Shown here: positions 1-64,000 of the stretch, in pieces
Numbering within the stretch: the stretch's first letter is position 1
How the letters are laid out: each line of letters begins with the position of its first letter
Assembly: GCA_964016885.1 (NCBI GenBank)
Contig: OZ024743.1
Coordinates: forward strand, 263,190,001-263,254,000
Length of the DNA stretch: 64,000 nucleotides
Source of the DNA: Eledone cirrhosa
Lineage: Eukaryota
Reading direction: 5' to 3'
Notes under the pieces: generated by a model
The model's input: only the letters and a program-made list of their open reading frames with translations
What the model was told of the DNA's origin: nothing
Database searches by the model: none
Position numbers and translations under genes: made by a program

Positions 1-135
1 AATTTTTTCCACGACCTCACAAGGATGAAAAGCAAAGTTGACCTCGGCGAAATTTAAACGCAACGCGTAGAGACCTTTCACAAACGTTATAAAGATTTCT
101 ATCCGGCGTTCTAACGACTATGCGAATTCGCCACG
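1..135 (-). mobile_element. Partial tRNA-derived SINE (family with ...tttgcctttcatcct... core)
   Basis: aaggatgaaaagcaaagttgacctcggcgaaattt matches copies at 10.3, 13.0, 13.2, 53.8-54.5 and 57.4 kb. Confidence 0.7.
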
Positions 136-1441
136 TATTGTGTATATTTACGTGCTGGGGTGAATTCTTCCCCTGTGCGGGGTGAAATAAGGTGGTCATA
201 TTTGTACGTTTATCGCTGGAATTAAATTATTCAATCTAACCTTCTTATAAATTTGTTTTTGTTGTTGAGTAAATTGTTAACCGTTACATTATATTTCTTT
301 TGTTACTCTTACATATAATATGTCGGATCTGTCCTTGATAACTTAAAACATCTACGCTTTCAATTATCATAGTTTGGATACATTACATTCAATCTATCTT
401 TGAAATGTGCATAATTCAATACATCCATCTAAATTTCATATCCTTGGGTGGCTGTATATGCTCAATGATGTGTGTTTAAATTAGCAAATAATCTGATGGC
501 ACTTATTTTCTCGTCAGTCATGGTTGGCCGGTGGCTTCTTTGTGAAAAGCAGTCCAGTCCTTTAAAAAGTTGTATTTTTAATCCAACTAAGTGCCCACAC
601 ACACCTCTCACCCAGTAAACTGAGTGTCGTTAGAGCGGTTTATGCCCCGAATATCCGACCATAAGATAGGTTGTACTGGGTTAGATTGTACCAGTAACTT
701 ATAGAGCTTAACATCCTGGCCTGTAATACATTTTCTAACATAAAATTATTTATAGAAGGATAAATGTTAATATACTCTCATTACATTAACAAAGGGGGCG
801 AACGGAATGAGCTTCAATGTAGACAATGTACCTCTAGAAATATCAGTCAAATTTCCTTGAAACATTACTATTTAGAAGTAGATGAATAAGTCGTTGTGTC
901 CTTCACTGCTATTGCCATAAAATCAACGATAAAGTTTGTAAGAGAGAGGCTAACGGTATTTGTCTTCTGAGGAACAGTCAACTATATATGAAAAATATAA
1001 ATCTGTTCACACTTGTACATTTTCACAAATTGGATTATAAAAAGTACATTAAATTTATCTTAGATTTTATAATATACGTTGTGTTATGCGTAAATAATTA
1101 TTTGATTACTTATTTGATTAATTACGTTGGCACACGATTGCACGTTATGCATAGACAGATCATTCAACTTGGGTTCTGGTTTATGGCTTATGTTTGATAT
1201 AAACAGCTATTGCAATACGTTCTGTTCGTACGTAGAATGTCTTCTTATAAAGATGTAATTTTAATCTATTATGCTTTCTATGTACAAAGAGAACAACAAA
1301 GTATGTTTACACTTATTGATTCCTACAAAGAGACTTATAAAAAAAGAAAAAAATACTATAGTCTTACCTACTTTAATTTATTTTACATTTTGAATATTAC
1401 TATAGTTTATTTGTTTTCCTCTACAAAATGTAAATTTACAG

Positions 1442-57859
<56,418 letters not shown>

Positions 57860-59561
57860 GTAAGTCAAACGGCATACATACATGAAACTAAACTTTGAAC
57901 ATTATTGCTTATAAACTATACAGGCGTGGACGTGGCTGATTGGTTAGGAGTTTGTTTTGCAACAACTTTCTAGACAACTGCATTTTAGATCAGAATCCCA
58001 GGTCCAAACACTTCTTACAATAGAGTAGAGTAGACTCCAATATTTTTGGATTTCAAAATATGGTATGCATAGAATCTTGGGTGGCGTGCTATGTATATTC
58101 TCAAGATTGATGAAGTTTAGAAAGCATAAAAGTTACAGAAAGATTTGAATAAATGCCTTATAATTCTTATATTCCTTTAGTAGTATCAGTCACTGGACTG
58201 GGGGCATGCTGTAGCATTGCTTTCTTGAGTACATTGCATTCAGTACTAATTTTACCGATTGGATTTAATCGAGTCCAGAATATGGTCCTGGGCGGGATTT
58301 GAAATTAGCTCGTAAAGGGATGTAACCTAATATTACACACTCACGGTCGTCACCGTTGTCAACAACTTATCGCTGAATGCCTTAACCTTTGGATTTGCCG
58401 AATTGCTATATTTCGCCAGTAATCACTTTTAGTTGAGGTAAGCAAGTAAAGCATTGAAATTCTTTTCTGCCCAAAATGTGGAGAAAGTGTTTCCAAAGAG
58501 AAGTACCATATCTTTAAACCAGAACTTACTAAGCTTAAAATAAAATTGACTCATGATCTGTTAGCGACTCTAAATAAATAAATAATCAACGAAAACATCA
58601 TATAATGTCCCCTGTCACGTGTTTAAGTATACGTTAAAATTGTCGCATCTCAAATACTTTATGTTTTAGCCCGTATCTCCTGGTGGAGTCGTAGAATCGT
58701 TGACATAAGGCGTTCCTGAGTTATTTTAAACCTGGTGTAGCTCATATTCTCTTTACGTCTGAATATATTTCTTCCAGTGAAGGAGGGAGAAAGTGAAGGT
58801 ACAGAGGAAGAATGGTAGCGTTTTTACGACCACCGAAGTCAATCTTACCTTTTTGTCCCTCCGGGACAAAGGCACCATAAAACAAAGTGTCAGTCAAGGG
58901 TGGTGTACTGGTAGAATGTAATTTGAAATCCAGCCGTGGCCCACTTAGTTTAATATCCCCACATAGGTTTTGAGTACATTTAGCTGACTATAATTTGTTG
59001 CAAATATTCAGTCTAGGTTTGAATATCTTCTCTTCTCGTTTACTCATAACTTCCAGTGGAGCGTTAGTGGTGCCATATTGACATTCTTGGGCCTTTTGAA
59101 ACCTGACAGAGTCCGTCTCCTCTCCAGGTTTGCAGTTTGAATATACCTTTCCTCTTCTCTCCCACAATTTTCAAATACCTTACTGACATAGTTACTACCT
59201 TTTCTCTTGGTTAAGCGATAAAAAAGAAATTTTCATTTTTTTCGTATTTCACTTTTATATTTTAAATAAATTCTTTCTTCCAAAATTTTCCGTCGAGTAT
59301 TTTCAAAGAACAAAACCAAATCTAAAAATAACTATATTTTCCACATTCCCTGGATTTCTTATATAATTATCTTTAAATCGTTATTCCGCAAATAGCATCG
59401 CAGTTTACGTCAATGACACAAAAGTCGTAAATATGTTCTTTCAGCATCGATATTTACGGCTTCAGTTGTTCAGAAATAGAATTGGAAAACGACATATTTT
59501 GAGGAATTCATGTTTCATTAACACAAAGATTAAGGTCATACACATATACAGGCACACACTG

Positions 59562-59716
<155 letters not shown>

Positions 59717-60022
59717 TTGATGGATAGATAAATAGTGAGAGCGAAAGAGAGGTGTATTGTAATTAACTCAGTGTAGCTGTGTGGTTAAGAAGTTCACTTT
59801 AAAACAATGTGGATGCGTTTTTGATCACATGAATATTTTGTGAGTGGAATTTATTAGAAAGAAACCTTATAGAAGCCCCTCATATATATAATTAAGTGAA
59901 ACAACTATTTATGGGAGTATAAGCCAGGCAGACCCACACAAATTTTAGGTCTATATCTGATTGATATTTTATCTATATATTTTATCCATTCATTGAGATA
60001 TTCAAGTATTAGAGACTAATTA

Positions 60023-60080
<58 letters not shown>

Positions 60081-60081
<1 letters not shown>

Positions 60082-61000
60082 TGAAAGGTATAGAAATTGT
60101 TTTAGCGAGAAGCTAACAGTATTCCATAACATATATGCGACTATGTCGTCAAGATGAGAAAAATAGTTAACGTAAGATGTAGGAAAAATAATTCAAACTC
60201 ATCTCAAAAGAGAATCAGGATACAAATTCATCCACAGAATTTAGTGAAATCCAGGGAAAAATCCATAGACCCTTAACTCATGATAAAATAAAGTCTAAAA
60301 TACTTATCCTTCAATTTGGAAAAACATCAAATGCTCTGTATAGTCTTAAAGACTATTTCATGAAAACTTTCAGTGGAGATGGTCACGGTTGGATTTCAAT
60401 CGTCAGTAGAGCTCAACAGATAACCAGGGCTCTCACAGAATTATAAGCCAAAAAGGGAATTCTAAAACTGGCTAGTTCACCATCATGCATGATTATGAAA
60501 AACGCACATGAGGAAAAACAGGGCTAGTGACGTCAGGATGAAAATGAATGTTTGTTTACAAGAAATAACAGTCAAATACATTCCTAAAAAAACTCTACAA
60601 AAGGAGTTCAGCAAACAGCAAGATAATCGCAGTTTTTATTAAAAAAAACGGGATTAGTCACAGATAATTTAAGCACTCAAGGAAAAAAATCCGAGTATAA
60701 ATATAAATGAAAGGTATAGAAATTGTTTTAGCGAGAAGCTAACAGTATTCCATAACATATATGCGACTATGTCGTCAAGATGAGAAAAATAGTTAACGTA
60801 AGATGTAGGAAAAATAATTCAAACTCATCTCAAAAGAGAATCAGGATACAAATTCATCCACAGAATTTAGTGAAATCCAGGGAAAAATCAATAGACCCTT
60901 AACTCATGATAAAATAAAGTCTAAAATACTTATCCTTCAATTTGGAAAAACATCAAATGCTCTGTATAGTCTTAAAGTCTATTTCATGAAAACTTTCAGT
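60081..61000. repeat. Partial tandem duplication, 626-bp period, between (TA)n and (TG)n tracts
   Basis: atgaaaggtatagaaattg at 60081 and 60707; about 295 bp nearly identical. Confidence 0.9.
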
Positions 61001-61015
61001 GTGTGTGTGTGTGTG

Positions 61016-61097
<82 letters not shown>

Positions 61098-61833
61098 TTT
61101 GTAGTAAGGGTGCTTGGATGCGTCCATAGTCGGTATGCCGATTGAGTACTGTATGCTCCTTCGGAGCAGAGTATGATAATATGGAAAAACGAAGAATCAG
61201 TGATGCATCGGCACACAATTTATTACGTATTACAAGTGTTTCTGCGGCGAACAGCTCGAGGTGCGATCTGTTTGTGGATCGAACCTGACTCTGGATTCAC
61301 AAGTTCCTCAGAAACGTCTAGTGATTTCGAAGCAAATCCTCTTTCTGCTTGACTCCGACCCTTCGAATTTCTATAATCTGACAACATCCTGTTTGCGCGG
61401 CCCGTCGATTGGTTGATAGTTCGAGACGTCATCTGTGTGTTTGACCATTCAAATCTGCCCACTGACCATTTCCATTCAGGCGTGATTTGTCACTCACCCC
61501 AATCCCGTCGCCAGATATTACTGCTATGTGTAGGAGAGGTGTTATGAACTGTCTTGCCCTTCCCTGGCTTGCCCGTCGCCTTACACATATACCCCCCCCC
61601 CACACACACACGTGTGTTCACACATATATATACAGACATTCCGAGCCATTGATCGCACACTTAACTGTGCGGACATGCACACACACACACGCGCGCACAT
61701 AGAGCTCGCGCGTTTGAGTTCACACGTGTACAGATATTCACCCCTCATATAGAGGTACATTCATACACAGACATATGCACAGACGTACACATAAGGGACC
61801 CACATGCATACATATATCTCTATCTATACACAG

Positions 61834-61976
<143 letters not shown>

Positions 61977-62138
61977 TATAAAAATATGTATATAGATACA
62001 CACACATATACACACCCATACATACACACACGTACATATACCTGCGCGTGCATATGCAGTCAGTCAGGCCTACTCATATATACACATACACATACACATA
62101 TATATATATTTGTATGTATATGTACACACACACATATA

Positions 62139-63472
62139 TCTCTCTATATATAAAACGGAAGAAGTCTGTCTGTGTGTGTGTATGATTTTTCTGCATTTCC
62201 ACATTTCTCTACCGATTTTGATGATTTTTTTTCCAACGATGGTCAACGCGTAATAAACTTTGCCAAAAATTTCCTGCTTCTATGAAAAAATTCGATAAAA
62301 CTAAATATATGCTGTAACCCTCTCTCTTACACGCTTATTCCCTCTCTTTACTACCCAACAGCGACAAAAACTTCGTTCAGAAACGCGACATAAACTTTGA
62401 AAACTAAGCAACACATCATTTTATACAACAAACATACTCATAACTATAGAGAAGGGGAATGATCTATTATAGAGAGAGACCTCTATAATAGATCATTCCC
62501 TCTCTCTATAATTTAACTGCTTTACTGTCTTCATGCTTTGAGATTTAACACACCTCCCTATAGTTTCTTAGCTTTACTTTCTCCGTCACTCTTCCTTCTC
62601 TCTATAATATATTATTCCCCATCTCTATAATTTAACTGCTTTACTCTCTCTATCGCTCTTCACTCTCTATATGAAAACACTGTTTTACACACCTCCCTAT
62701 AGTTTCTTAGCTTTACTCTCTCCATCGCTCTTCCTTCTCTCTATAATAGATTATTCCCCCTCTCTATAATTTAATGCTAGAGACATATGAATCGGAATGT
62801 TTAAATTATTTATATTTTACGACTTTCATTGGTTAAATATTTATATGTCAACACCCATAGTGTTGTACATCTGGCAATTCTGCCGAATACACTGCCAAGG
62901 ATGAACCTTTTCCCCTCGGCGTCAGATATCCCGTTCGATTTCCGGCAATCCCAATTCCCGGTGAGACCATGTTTTGCCATGTTCATTAACAAGTCACAAG
63001 GGCAAACATTGTCGGTGGCGGGCATCCATTTGGGGGAGCCATGCTTCTCCCATGGCCAACTTTATGTTGCCTGTTCCCGCGTAGGGAGCAGGAATGGACT
63101 TTTTGCTTATACTCCTCAAGGGATGACACGCAATATCGTCTACAAAGAGGTGCTATAGATGTTGGTGCAGGTGTTGGAGCTATGCCGCCTGGAAAACTAT
63201 TTCCTGGTAGGGTCACTCATGGCGGACAGATCTGACACCCAGCGGCATCAGGGTTACCATCTTGCAACTTTGGTCTGCTAAATTTGCTATTGGAAGATTA
63301 TTAACCCATCATTGATTGTCCAAAATGCTAATTGGTTCGTAACTTTTAATAACCGGTTCAACTGCTTTATGCACTTAATTGATAAGCTTATTCGCTTTCA
63401 AGCCACGTTTACCTGTATGTAACTTTTCATAGCAAATGAACAAACCAGAGCAACGCCGGGCTAAACTGCTAG
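62139..63472 (+). mobile_element. Internally deleted Helitron retaining the C-terminus of the PIF1-type helicase
   Basis: 5' TC after A; 3' hairpin cagagcaacgccggg and CTAG before T; ORF 62829-63158 QFPVRPCFAMFINKSQGQTL...FSHGQLYVACSRV...TRNIVYKEVL. Confidence 0.88.
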
Positions 63473-64000
63473 TATGTGTATATATATACACACACACACA
63501 TATATATATATACACTCACACACAGACACACCCACACACACACGTACGCACACATATGAAAATAAACTACACAAATATTTGGAAAGTTCATAGAAACACG
63601 CATATGATGCTGTACACCAGGGAGTGCACAAAGAAATTTTACGTGAAGAAATACGTAAAAAATACAAAAAAGTACATATGGGCAATACGTCAAAGAATGC
63701 ACGCAGCATCTCACATAGCGGTATATACGTATATGCAGACACACTTTGATGCACACTTTGACTGAGTTGGCATTATGGTGCTAACGTGAAATAATCCACA
63801 TACAGAAACCTTATAAACAAAATTACATATGGGAAGCTCATAGAAACAATGCAAAGGGTATACTTAAAACATATATAAAAAGTATATAAACAATATACAT
63901 GAGGTTGTACATGAAAAAATACATAAAGTGTTACATAATGGAAACGTAGAGAAAATACACACACTACATAAAAAATATATATGCAGAGAGTACGGAAGAA

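Noticed and set aside
61100-61580. GC-richer island that could be an exon or element
   Set aside because: No recognisable peptide, splice pair or termini; needs a database search.
62829-63158. Host PIF1 helicase gene
   Set aside because: Only a C-terminal fragment lying inside Helitron termini.

Overview
Eukaryotic, AT- and microsatellite-rich DNA. The SINE families and (TA)n density look like a coleoid cephalopod such as Octopus (inference). The window lies inside one + strand SLC26/SulP anion-transporter gene (prestin/pendrin-like). I traced 14 in-frame exons (1,713 nt, 571 codons) from TM1 into the STAS domain; the first and last exons lie outside the window. The introns hold Penelope-like elements (PLEs), RLE-type, Tx1-type and CR1/L2-type LINE fragments, tRNA-derived SINEs, two Helitron derivatives, hAT-like MITEs and very long (TA)n tracts. 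Main unexpected results: (1) more than 20 type I hammerhead-ribozyme (HHR) motifs in about ten families, including two retrozyme-like tandem arrays (310 bp and about 500 bp units), a family with a roughly 100-nt covarying helix II, helix-II-less forms, U4 core variants and palindromes centred on the ribozyme; (2) a 60-bp minisatellite made from the gene's own 3' splice site, with 8 of 12 AG acceptors changed to TG; (3) a (TATC)n-associated Tx1-like LINE whose 20-bp target-site duplication shows insertion order; (4) a GC-AG intron. All folds were paired by eye, and no activity has been shown.
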